Of a stretch of DNA of 64,000 bases, positions 26,080-35,683 are shown piece after piece. Source of the stretch: an uncultured Prevotellaceae bacterium (lineage in GTDB: Bacteria > Bacteroidota > Bacteroidia > Bacteroidales > Muribaculaceae); contig ONKF01000034.1 in NCBI GenBank assembly GCA_900318335.1, forward strand, positions 713 to 64,712. The letters run 5' to 3'. Position numbers and translations under genes: made by a program. Positions within the stretch are counted from its first letter, which is position 1. Every line of letters starts with the position of its first letter. The notes below the pieces were generated by a model. It searched no databases. It worked only from the letters and a program-made list of their open reading frames with translations, and was not told the origin of the DNA.

Positions 26080-28341
26080 ATGAGACATTCTCTATTATTA
26101 TTTGCATTGGGATTGATGTGCTTAGTGGCGCGTGCAGTCCCCGCCGATCCGACCCCAGCGATAGTGACCCAACCCGACGGTACAACGCTCACCCTGGTAC
26201 TGCATGGTGACGAATTCATGAATTACCTGACCACGTCCGACGGTTATACCGTGGTCAAGAACAAGGCGGGTTACTACACCTACGCCCGCATCGACGGCAA
26301 CGACCTGGTTGCCAGCAACTGCATCGCCCGCGACAACCGCACTGCTGCCGACCGTGCTTACCTCGCTGGTGTCCCCAAGGGGCTGACCAGCCCTGCCATG
26401 GTGCAGCGTGGCAAGAAAATGTTGAGCCACCGTAACGACTTGCTGCGTGGTATCGGTCATGGTGGCCACATGGACTACGACAAGTTCCGTGGTCTGATTA
26501 TTCTGATCAATTACACGGACAGGGTATTTGATGAGTACGTTCCCAGTAACTACACTCCTATTGACTTCTACGAGGCAATGGTCAATAGCCATGACTACCA
26601 GGGCTACACATTGCCCTATGGTACCAAGGTCGAGGCGATGGGTAGTGTGCGCGATTACTACTATGACAACTCGTTCCATCAGTTCGATCCCCACTTCGAC
26701 ATCTTGGGCCCGGTGGATGTGCCCTATGCCTGCACCGACGCCCATCAGTTCAAGTGTGACTCCATCTTCTTTGCCGCCCTCGAGGCGCTTGACCCCGAAG
26801 TGGACTTCAGCCAGTATGATACCGATGAAGACGGCACTGCCGACATGGTGTTCTTCATGGTTGCTGGTCATGGCTCGGATGTTACAGCCAACAACAGGGA
26901 CTACCTGTGGCCCCACATGAAGAATTTTGAGAGTTCTCCTGTGCTCGATGGCGTGAACTTCAGACTCTATGCCTGCTCGACCAATATGACAGGCGAAGAG
27001 AGTGAGTACTATGTCAACCTCAACAATATTGCCGGCATCGGCACTATCTGTCATGAGTTCAGCCATTGTCTGGGTCTGCCCGACCTCTATGATGCCGATT
27101 CAGACGGCAGCGGAGGTGTCAACAGCAAGCATCCCATGACTTGGTCGGTGATGGCCAGCGGCTTCAGGAGCAACAACGGCCGCAATCCTGCCGGCTACAG
27201 CCTGTTTGAGCGCTATGCGCTGGGCTTCGCACAGCCCACCCTCATCGATAGTGTGGGAACAGTCTCGGTACCTGCTCTCGAAAAGACCAACACGGGTTAC
27301 CGCATGAACACGGCTAACGAGAATGAATACTTCCTCATCGAGAACCGCCAGCGCATCAAGTGGGACAAGAACCTGGCTGGCCCCGGTATGCTCATCTGGC
27401 GTATCGATTCAACCAATGTCGATGTTTGGGAGAACAATCTGGTTAACTCTGATCCCAGCCACATGTACTGTGAATTGCTCCGTGCCAAATTCAGTGGAAT
27501 CAGTGACAGTTACAATGACCCCTTCCCCGGTGTTGCCAATGTCACCTCCATCACTAACATCTCGGAGCCCAGCCTGCGTACGTGGGATGGCAAGATGAGC
27601 AAGTATGCCTTTGTCAATATCGCCCAGGCCGACAGCATCGTCACCTTTGATATGGTTATCGATAACTCCAAGATCTCTATCGAGGACTTTGAGATGATGC
27701 CCGTGGGTGCTACGCTCAACGAGCGTGGTGTAGAGGGCCTCTATGCCCACTGGGACTTCTATAATTGCGCCGTAGTGGACACTGCCCAAGTGGCCGAGGG
27801 CCACGCCGTCGCTATGAGGAATGGCAGCTACTTCAACACAGCTGAGAATCTGAACAAGATTCCCAAGATCTTGCGCTTCAAGATTTACAATCCCACTTCA
27901 ACAGGTGTAGACATCTGGCCGCAGTACTCTGTCAACAATGGCTCGACCTGGAAATCACTGGATGAGTACCCCTACAACTTCTATGTTAGGGCTGGCGAAA
28001 CCGCAACGGCTACGGTTACCACATTGCCCACCAATGTGCCCATCATGCTGCGCATCAAGGAGAACTCTGGCAGCTCGTCGGAGTATTGCTACATCGATGA
28101 CATCGAGATCTGCTATGAGGAGACTTGGGAGCCCGAGTTCATCCTGGGTGACGTGAACGATGACGGTGAAGTCAACATCAAGGATGTGACTGACCTGATC
28201 GACTACCTGCTGGACAGTGAGGCTAATGTAATCAATATGAGCGCTGCCGACGTTGATCACAGTGGTGGCGTGGCAATCATGGATTTGACTTATCTCATCG
28301 ACTTGCTGCTTGACCCTGATGGCAATGGCGGAGGTGAATGA
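26080..28341 (+). CDS. Secreted M6-family metalloprotease paralogue with a dockerin-type C-terminus
   Basis: Signal peptide, HEFSHCLGLPDLYD, and GDVNDDGEVNIKDVTDLIDYLL...ADVDHSGGVAIMDLTYLIDLLL. Confidence 0.85.
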   Translation: MRHSLLLFALGLMCLVARAVPADPTPAIVTQPDGTTLTLVLHGDEFMNYLTTSDGYTVVKNKAGYYTYARIDGNDLVASNCIARDNRTAADRAYLAGVPKGLTSPAMVQRGKKMLSHRNDLLRGIGHGGHMDYDKFRGLIILINYTDRVFDEYVPSNYTPIDFYEAMVNSHDYQGYTLPYGTKVEAMGSVRDYYYDNSFHQFDPHFDILGPVDVPYACTDAHQFKCDSIFFAALEALDPEVDFSQYDTDEDGTADMVFFMVAGHGSDVTANNRDYLWPHMKNFESSPVLDGVNFRLYACSTNMTGEESEYYVNLNNIAGIGTICHEFSHCLGLPDLYDADSDGSGGVNSKHPMTWSVMASGFRSNNGRNPAGYSLFERYALGFAQPTLIDSVGTVSVPALEKTNTGYRMNTANENEYFLIENRQRIKWDKNLAGPGMLIWRIDSTNVDVWENNLVNSDPSHMYCELLRAKFSGISDSYNDPFPGVANVTSITNISEPSLRTWDGKMSKYAFVNIAQADSIVTFDMVIDNSKISIEDFEMMPVGATLNERGVEGLYAHWDFYNCAVVDTAQVAEGHAVAMRNGSYFNTAENLNKIPKILRFKIYNPTSTGVDIWPQYSVNNGSTWKSLDEYPYNFYVRAGETATATVTTLPTNVPIMLRIKENSGSSSEYCYIDDIEICYEETWEPEFILGDVNDDGEVNIKDVTDLIDYLLDSEANVINMSAADVDHSGGVAIMDLTYLIDLLLDPDGNGGGE

Positions 28342-28391
28342 TTGATTTTGCAAGTTGCATAAGGTCAGCAATTTGCAACATGGTAAATATT

Positions 28392-28429
28392 AAACTGGAC
28401 GTCCCTCAAGGATGTCCAGTTTGATTTTT
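28392..28429 (+). terminator. Rho-independent terminator after the M6 triplet
   Basis: AAACTGGACGTCC-loop-GGATGTCCAGTTT followed by GATTTTT. Confidence 0.6.
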
Positions 28430-28857
28430 GCCCTACGGAAATCAGTTAACCTTTTATAACAAAATTTTACACTATAAATTTTGTCAGTTCAAAATATGGT
28501 ATTACCTTTGCATCAAAGTTGGAAATATTAATACTATTCATCCTAAATGAACATCGCGTTGGGAAACGGGGTGTTCATTTTTTTTGACGCCATGGGTATC
28601 CCTGCTAATTCATGTAAAAAACGAAATGGTGCCTGTAAGGTTTTGATAAATTATTTTGGCGATTCGTATAAAAAGTATAATTTTGCAGCCGAAAAGAAGA
28701 CTGAACATGAGTCAGAATCAGGGAAATGCCTTATTTATCGTGGTTTCCGGATTGTCCTCATTTTGTGGTTTTTTGCATATAGAAATCAGATTAATCTCTG
28801 CCAACGTCTCTCCAACTGAGACCAAATCGAGTATTATTAATGTTAAATATTTTTTTT

Positions 28858-30585
28858 ATGAAGAAATTCTTATTCCTTTTACCAATGTTAGCGCTGTGTG
28901 CGCAAAGCGTTGTTGCTAACCCTGTGACCGTAGATCAGGCCATGGCTATTGCCAGTCAGGCTGGCGCTACCAAGTCATTCAATAGCATTAACGCCGGTAT
29001 GAAATTGAACTATGTTGCTCGCAGCATTAAGGGTGCTACCGACTATTACGTGTTTAACCGTGATGGTGGTAACGGCTTTGTGATCGTTGCTGGTGACGAC
29101 ATGTCAGCCCCCGTACTGGGTTACAGCACAACTGGTTCATTCAATATCAATGAGGCTCCCGAGGCTCTGGTTGCTATGCTCAAGGAGTATCAGAACCAGA
29201 TGGAGTGGATGCGCAGCCATCCCGAGGCAGCTAAGGGCCCGGCTTTGACCTATGACCTGCAGCCTTATGGCGTGTATCCCATCTGTGGTGAGGTTCACTG
29301 GCACCAGTTCCCTCCCTACAACAACAACGCCCCCCGCTCAAGCCATGCATTGACCAGCAATGGTCGCTGCTATGCTGGTTGCGTTCCTGTTGCTTTTGCC
29401 ACAATCATGAAGGGTCTGAAGTATCCGACCTACGGTTTCGGTTCTAACACTTATACTTATATGCTGGATGGCCAGGAGATGACCGCTACTGCAAAGTTCT
29501 ATGACTATAAGTACGATTATAGCAAAATGAGGACTGGTTATGGTGAGTACCAGAACGCTCCCGAGGTGGCTGAGCTGATGTATGAAGTCGGTGTTGCCTT
29601 CCATACCATCTATTCTGGCGAGAGCAGTGACGCTCTTCTCAGGAATGTGTTCCGCGGTATCATCGCTTTCTTTAACTACAATGCCAATATCCAGTATGTT
29701 CAGAAGGCCAATTACTCCTACAACGAGCAGGCTTGGTATGACATGATGTACAACGAGATTGACAATGGCCGCCCCATTTATTACATGGGTTACAGGACCA
29801 TTGACAATGGTGGTAATCAGTGCCACATCGGCCACGCCTTTGTGATTGACGGTTATGATTCCAATGGTAAGGTTCACGTGAACTGGGGTTTCCAGCCCGA
29901 AGAGTACAACACCTATTTTGATTGGACACTGCTGTCACCGAGGAACAACTATGACTATGATGAGTATGATTCTGGTTTCAACCATGACCAGGCTGCCATC
30001 ATCGGCCTCTGCCCGGATACTACCGGCATCGGTGGCGTTGTAGTGAACAAAGTGAACCTGGTTGCCGACACCATGCCCGCCAACGACCTCCGCATCACCA
30101 TCGACGTTCAGTCCCTGGGTGGTACCTGGAACGGCAATCTGAGGTATGGTATCGTAACCAAGAACTCTGACGGTACCTACAGCCCCTACATCTCAAAGAC
30201 CGCAACTGGTGTCGAGATTGATGATAACGGTATCGCTACCCTCGACCTGAGCGGTGATTACTCTCTGTACTACCTGACCGAGGGTCGCACCTATTACGCT
30301 GTGGTTTGGACTCCTTACTTCGCCAACAGCTACGATTGGAACTGGTTCCTGGATGATCCCGTGCCGTTCACCATTGGTGACTGGGTAACTCCTCCCGATC
30401 CCACCGACATCCTGGGTGATGCTAACCACGACGGTGTAGTGACCATTGCTGACGCTACTGCCCTTATCGATTACCTCCTGGGTGGCGAGGGCGATGTGAC
30501 CAACGCTGTTGGTGACATGAATGGCGACGGGACTGTCTCCATCGCTGACCTTACTCTCCTCATCGACCAATTGCTGGGTGAGTAA
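28858..30585 (+). CDS. C10-family (streptopain/SpeB-like) cysteine protease with a dockerin-type C-terminus
   Basis: Signal peptide MKKFLFLLPMLALCAQSVVA, pro-domain YYVFNRDGGNGFVIVAGDDMSAPVLGYS, Cys motif CYAGCVPVAFATIM, His motif GHAFVIDGYD, and a C-terminus GDANHDGVVTIADATALIDYLLGG...DMNGDGTVSIADLTLLIDQLL. Confidence 0.8.
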   Translation: MKKFLFLLPMLALCAQSVVANPVTVDQAMAIASQAGATKSFNSINAGMKLNYVARSIKGATDYYVFNRDGGNGFVIVAGDDMSAPVLGYSTTGSFNINEAPEALVAMLKEYQNQMEWMRSHPEAAKGPALTYDLQPYGVYPICGEVHWHQFPPYNNNAPRSSHALTSNGRCYAGCVPVAFATIMKGLKYPTYGFGSNTYTYMLDGQEMTATAKFYDYKYDYSKMRTGYGEYQNAPEVAELMYEVGVAFHTIYSGESSDALLRNVFRGIIAFFNYNANIQYVQKANYSYNEQAWYDMMYNEIDNGRPIYYMGYRTIDNGGNQCHIGHAFVIDGYDSNGKVHVNWGFQPEEYNTYFDWTLLSPRNNYDYDEYDSGFNHDQAAIIGLCPDTTGIGGVVVNKVNLVADTMPANDLRITIDVQSLGGTWNGNLRYGIVTKNSDGTYSPYISKTATGVEIDDNGIATLDLSGDYSLYYLTEGRTYYAVVWTPYFANSYDWNWFLDDPVPFTIGDWVTPPDPTDILGDANHDGVVTIADATALIDYLLGGEGDVTNAVGDMNGDGTVSIADLTLLIDQLLGE

Positions 30586-30725
30586 TTAGAATTCGGTAAA
30601 AAATCGGTAAAACCACTACCGTACTCGTATTATTAATCCAATAGACTGTGCTGGGAGCTGTGATGCTCTCGGCACAGTCGCTTTTATTATAGAAGATGTG
30701 ACTTGCAGGTCACAGGATTTTTCTT

Positions 30726-30733
30726 TACTTTTG
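30726..30733 (+). promoter_or_regulatory. Candidate -7 box TACTTTTG
   Basis: TAnnTTTG match about 45 bp upstream of the ATG at 30778. Confidence 0.4.
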
Positions 30734-30777
30734 TAGTCGTTACCTATGCGATATTAACTATAAAGGAGACATCGACT

Positions 30778-32193
30778 ATGAGCCACAAGTCCAGCCCCAT
30801 CGTCAAGATAGCCGTCATCAGCGACCTGCACGTGATGGCGCCCTCGTTGCTGATCAACGACGGTAAAGCGCTCGAGCAGTACTTGAACCGTGACCGCAAG
30901 ATGCTGCGCGAGAGTCCCGAGATTCTCGATACCCTGGTTGAGGAGATTCTCGCTCTTAAACCCCACCTTGTGCTGGTCACCGGCGACCTCACTAAGGACG
31001 GTGAACGCATGAGCCATGACCTGGTCGCCTCGCAGCTGCAGCGGCTCGTGGATGCCGGAATCCAGGTGCTCGTCGTACCGGGCAACCACGATATCAACAA
31101 TCCCGATGCCAAGGTCTATGACGGCGATGTCGCCATGCCCACCGACACGATCACCCGTGCCGAGTTTGCTGCTATCTACAAGAACATGGGCTATGACGAC
31201 CGTTCCCGCCGTGATCCGGACTCGTTGAGCTATTGCCGTGAGGTGAACGACCGGTTGACCGTACTGGGCATTGATGCCTGCATGGACCGGCTCAATACCT
31301 TTGTCTCGCGGGGTGATGCGGTCGATCACTGCAAGACCAGCGGCATGCTGGATGCGCGCACCCAGCAATGGCTCGTCGACCAAGCCACCAGCGCTGTCGG
31401 GGCGGGCCGCAAGGTCATCGCCATGATGCACCATCACCTGGTGCCCCATTTCCACATGGAGGACACGCTCGCGGCGCCCTATATGGTAGGTGATGCCGGG
31501 CAGTTGTGCCGACGTCTTGCCGATGCCGGTGTCCATGTCGTCTTCACGGGTCATCTTCACATTAGCGACATCTGCCAAACCAGCCATCAGCAGCAGACGA
31601 TGGTCGAAATTGCCACCGCAGCGGCTGTGGGGTATCCATGCCAGTGGCGGGTGGCAACGTGTAATACCGTCAGCGGAAAGATGCAGCTCTATACCCGCAC
31701 GCTCTTCAGCCTGCCATCGCAACCCGATTTTGGCGAGTGTGCCCGCAACGTTTTCACCGCCAGCATTCCCACGATAGTCCGCGGTGTGTTGCAACGCTAC
31801 TGGTCCGAGATCAGTCAGGCCATCGACAATTACCGCCATCAGCACCCCTTCATGATGCGCTATGTCAGCCTGCCCGATTCACCAGAGGGCATAGCCGACC
31901 TCCTGCTCAAGTATCTGCAGGAACCGGTTACTCAAGCCTACCTGAGCTTTGCCGAGGGCAATGAGAGCGGTAACGATAACCGTGATCTTATTGAACGTCT
32001 CATCAAGGGGGTGGACCACGTGGTGGACGATACCGTCAGGGGAATCCTCAAACCCCTGGCCAAGGCTGCGCTGCGGTTGCGCATCTACAGCATCGCCCGC
32101 CTGGTGCTGCGCAGCATCCTCGAGGACCGAAACGACATCGGTACCAAGAACGAGGCCGTCATCAACGACCACACTGCCATCATCGACCTGTAA
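30778..32193 (+). CDS. Metallophosphoesterase with a long C-terminal helical domain (no signal peptide)
   Basis: VISDLHV, TGDLTKDGE, VPGNHD, MMHHHL and TGHLH. It is a paralogue of 50337-51806. Confidence 0.8.
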   Translation: MSHKSSPIVKIAVISDLHVMAPSLLINDGKALEQYLNRDRKMLRESPEILDTLVEEILALKPHLVLVTGDLTKDGERMSHDLVASQLQRLVDAGIQVLVVPGNHDINNPDAKVYDGDVAMPTDTITRAEFAAIYKNMGYDDRSRRDPDSLSYCREVNDRLTVLGIDACMDRLNTFVSRGDAVDHCKTSGMLDARTQQWLVDQATSAVGAGRKVIAMMHHHLVPHFHMEDTLAAPYMVGDAGQLCRRLADAGVHVVFTGHLHISDICQTSHQQQTMVEIATAAAVGYPCQWRVATCNTVSGKMQLYTRTLFSLPSQPDFGECARNVFTASIPTIVRGVLQRYWSEISQAIDNYRHQHPFMMRYVSLPDSPEGIADLLLKYLQEPVTQAYLSFAEGNESGNDNRDLIERLIKGVDHVVDDTVRGILKPLAKAALRLRIYSIARLVLRSILEDRNDIGTKNEAVINDHTAIIDL

Positions 32194-32393
32194 GCCCTGT
32201 AGTTACTACGTTTTTTGGGCACCCGAAAAGAGTAGGGAATCGTGAAAAGGTCCTTCCTCGAATAGAGAAAAAAACTGCCCGTTATGCTAACAATTGGTTG
32301 CATTTAATCATTATTTTCTACTGAAATAAATAGTTTTGATATCATTTTGTCTAAATTATTGCTATTTTGTTTGGTCTGATGGGTTTTACTTTT

Positions 32394-32401
32394 TATTTTT
32401 G
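32394..32401 (+). promoter_or_regulatory. Candidate -7 box TATTTTTG
   Basis: TAnnTTTG match about 43 bp upstream of the ATG at 32444. Confidence 0.4.
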
Positions 32402-32443
32402 CAACTATGTTAAAATTAGCATCTTATCAAAAATCGTGATATT

Positions 32444-32662
32444 ATGAGTGCCCCCAAAATTGAACTGACTTCCAGAGAAAAGGAAGTACTCGAATTGCTG
32501 TCGTCTGGGTATAACAGCAAAGAAATAGGTGAGAAAATTTTCATCTCTTCAAACACTGTGGAGTATCACCGCAAGCAACTGTTGCGGAAAACTAACTCTC
32601 GTAACGTTGCTGAGCTGATTGGCAAAGCATACCGAACAGGTTTGTTAAAAATCAACGATTAA
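32444..32662 (+). CDS. Stand-alone LuxR/GerE-type HTH protein (72 aa)
   Basis: LTSREKEVLELLSSGYNSKEIGEKIFISSNTVEYHRKQLLRK. Confidence 0.8.
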   Translation: MSAPKIELTSREKEVLELLSSGYNSKEIGEKIFISSNTVEYHRKQLLRKTNSRNVAELIGKAYRTGLLKIND

Positions 32663-32686
32663 CAGCATTACCCTAAACTTACAAGA

Positions 32687-32720
32687 GGCTATGCCGGCAT
32701 TGGCATGGCTTCTTTTTTTT
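32687..32720 (+). terminator. Rho-independent terminator
   Basis: GGCTATGCC-loop-GGCATGGCT followed by TCTTTTTTTT. Confidence 0.6.
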
Positions 32721-32852
32721 GTAACTACTTTGATAGTAGCCGGTTTACCTAAAAAAACGTCACGCCTGTGGCCATCAGTATGGCCGCAGGCGTGCGTGTT
32801 CACATGAATGATGTGTCAACTAATCAGGAGGGGAAATCCCTGCTGTGTGGGA

Positions 32853-33350
32853 TTACTTCTGATTCTTCAACAGATCACGGATTTCACTGAGCAGCTCTTC
32901 CTGGGTGGGACCAGCGGGAGCCTCGGGCTCTTCCTTCTTGGGCATGAGCTTGTTCATGGCCTTGATCACCAAGAAGATGCAGAATGCGATGATCAGGAAG
33001 TCAATGATGTTCTGCAGGAACAGACCGTACTTGATAACGGCACCAGCAGTCTCGCCAGCGATTCCTGCGGCAGCTGCAGCATTGTTAGCGGCATTAGTCA
33101 CAGCCTCGACTGCACCATCTGCACCCACAGTGCTTGCGGCATCCTCAACAAGCTTGCTAACAGGCTTGATCTTGTACTCCAGGCTGGTGAGGTCAACGTT
33201 GCCAGTAAGCAGACCGATAGCAGGCATCAGCACATCATCAACCAGCGAGGTGACGATTTTGCCGAAAGCTCCACCGATGATAACACCGACAGCCATGTCC
33301 ATTACATTGCCCCTCATGGCAAACTCTTTAAATTCTTTAAAAAAACCCAT
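32853..33350 (-). CDS. mscL: Large-conductance mechanosensitive channel
   Basis: [43 protein letters not shown]. Confidence 0.9.
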   Translation of the reverse strand: MGFFKEFKEFAMRGNVMDMAVGVIIGGAFGKIVTSLVDDVLMPAIGLLTGNVDLTSLEYKIKPVSKLVEDAASTVGADGAVEAVTNAANNAAAAAGIAGETAGAVIKYGLFLQNIIDFLIIAFCIFLVIKAMNKLMPKKEEPEAPAGPTQEELLSEIRDLLKNQK

Positions 33351-33561
33351 AATTTTTCAAGTTTAAAAAATTAATATAACTATTATCTATCACATGCAAT
33401 ATCAGATAATTAACTATTAAACATTCTTAATTGACCCTAAAAAAGATGCTTTTTGACCCTTTTAGGTCAACGTTATATCAATATTTTAGTTAATTTTGCA
33501 GTCGTATTATACGACTGCTCGTGACTATTGTCATGGCAAAGATAACAAAAAAAACAAATAA

Positions 33562-34647
<1,086 letters not shown>

Positions 34648-34671
34648 TCAGCCCTGTCTTGCTTAACGATT

Positions 34672-34709
34672 ATCCCCACAATGCCGTCAACGCATTGTGG
34701 GGATTTTTT
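34672..34709 (+). terminator. Rho-independent terminator of gap
   Basis: 13-bp perfect stem ATCCCCACAATGC / GCATTGTGGGGAT followed by TTTTT. Confidence 0.8.
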
Positions 34710-34753
34710 CATAAAAAACAATAAAATGTTTGGAAAGTTGGGGCATGATGGTG

Positions 34754-34761
34754 TAACTTTG
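34754..34761 (+). promoter_or_regulatory. Candidate -7 box TAACTTTG
   Basis: TAnnTTTG match about 48 bp upstream of the mini-ORF ATG at 34809. Confidence 0.4.
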
Positions 34762-34808
34762 TAATCAACAAAGTTAGTTTTATCAACCATCTAAAAGAAT
34801 TAACAACA

Positions 34809-34910
34809 ATGAAGAAATGGAAATGCAATGTGTGTGGTTACATCCATGAGGGTGACACACCTCCCGAAGAGTGCCCGCTTTGCGGCGTTGGTCCCGAGGA
34901 CTTTGAGTAG
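34809..34910 (+). CDS. 33-aa rubredoxin-like Cys4 mini-protein (below the ORF-track cutoff)
   Basis: Manual translation gives MKKWKCNVCGYIHEGDTPPEECPLCGVGPEDFE*, with two CxxC knuckles. It has its own -7 box. Confidence 0.5.
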   Translation: MKKWKCNVCGYIHEGDTPPEECPLCGVGPEDFE

Positions 34911-35031
34911 TTATATCCCTTCCCACACCATCAGGCGGTCCACAACCCCTGTGGTGAATCCCTTTTACACATTAATAATCAAACAATCTGTTTAACTTAA
35001 TAATAAAGAAATAACTGTCTAATTAACTATT

Positions 35032-35528
35032 ATGGCTAAGAAATGGATCTGCACCGTGTGCGGTTATGTACACGAGGGCGACACGCCCCCCGAGAAATGT
35101 CCGCAGTGTAAACAACCCGCCGAGAAGGCGTTGCTAAGGGCGTTGACCCCGAAATCCTCGCTGGCTTGAAGGCACACTTCGAGGGCGAGTGCTCCGAGGT
35201 GGGCATGTATCTCGCCATGTCGCGCCAGGCCGACCGTGAGGGTTATCCCGAGGTGGCCGAGGCCTTCAAGCGTTACGCATTTGAGGAAGCCGAGCACGCT
35301 GCCAAGTTTGCTGAGCTGCTGGGCGAGGTAGTTTGGGATACCAAGACCAACCTGGAGAAACGCATGGCTGCCGAGGCTGGCGCATGTGAGGACAAATTCC
35401 GCATCGCCAAGCTGGCCAAGGCTCAGAACCTTGACGCCATCCACGACACTGTCCACGAGATGGCTCGCGACGAGGCTCGTCATGGTCAAGGCTTCACCGG
35501 CCTGTACAACCGCTTCTTCAAGAAGTGA
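35032..35528 (+). pseudogene. Reverse rubrerythrin (N-terminal rubredoxin + ferritin-like di-iron domain), frame-broken
   Basis: Frame A gives [45 protein letters not shown] (35032-35169). A different frame is open from 35112 and gives ..[31 protein letters not shown]...EEAEH...EARH to 35528. The only in-frame start for the second part is TTG at 35166. Confidence 0.6.
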
Positions 35529-35566
35529 AATCTCCCGGCGCACCCCGCGTCAGCAAAGTTAAGAAT

Positions 35567-35617
35567 TTAGGGTTTAGTGGTGATGAGGAAACAGCTCCTC
35601 TAACCACTAAACCCTAA
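35567..35617. terminator. Long hairpin between convergent genes (bidirectional terminator candidate)
   Basis: 15-bp arms TTAGGGTTTAGTGGT / ACCACTAAACCCTAA with an inner GAGGA..TCCTC stem. Confidence 0.6.
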
Positions 35618-35683
35618 CTTTTAATCTCTAACCTCTAAACTTTAAACGCCTAGACCGCATGGCCCAAGCGTTTCAATTATGCA

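Noticed and set aside
24141-27066. Long antisense ORFs (354 aa and 314 aa) opposite the second and third M6 protease genes
   Set aside because: They are low-complexity, His/Ile/Val/Ala/Gly-rich translations without motifs. The sense-strand genes have signal peptides and HExxH sites.
28547-28919. Two overlapping 87-90 aa ORFs in the AT-rich spacer upstream of the C10 protease
   Set aside because: They have no motifs, an odd composition and overlapping frames. The region more likely holds promoters (TACCTTTG at about 28503, TAATTTTG at about 28677) and a 5' leader.
30754-31845. 363-aa antisense ORF opposite the metallophosphoesterase gene. Similar cases are 50973-51764, 57594-58481, 59860-60957, 44476-45237 and 47178-47783.
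   Set aside because: All are mirror ORFs of well-supported genes in GC-rich sequence and have no recognisable domains.
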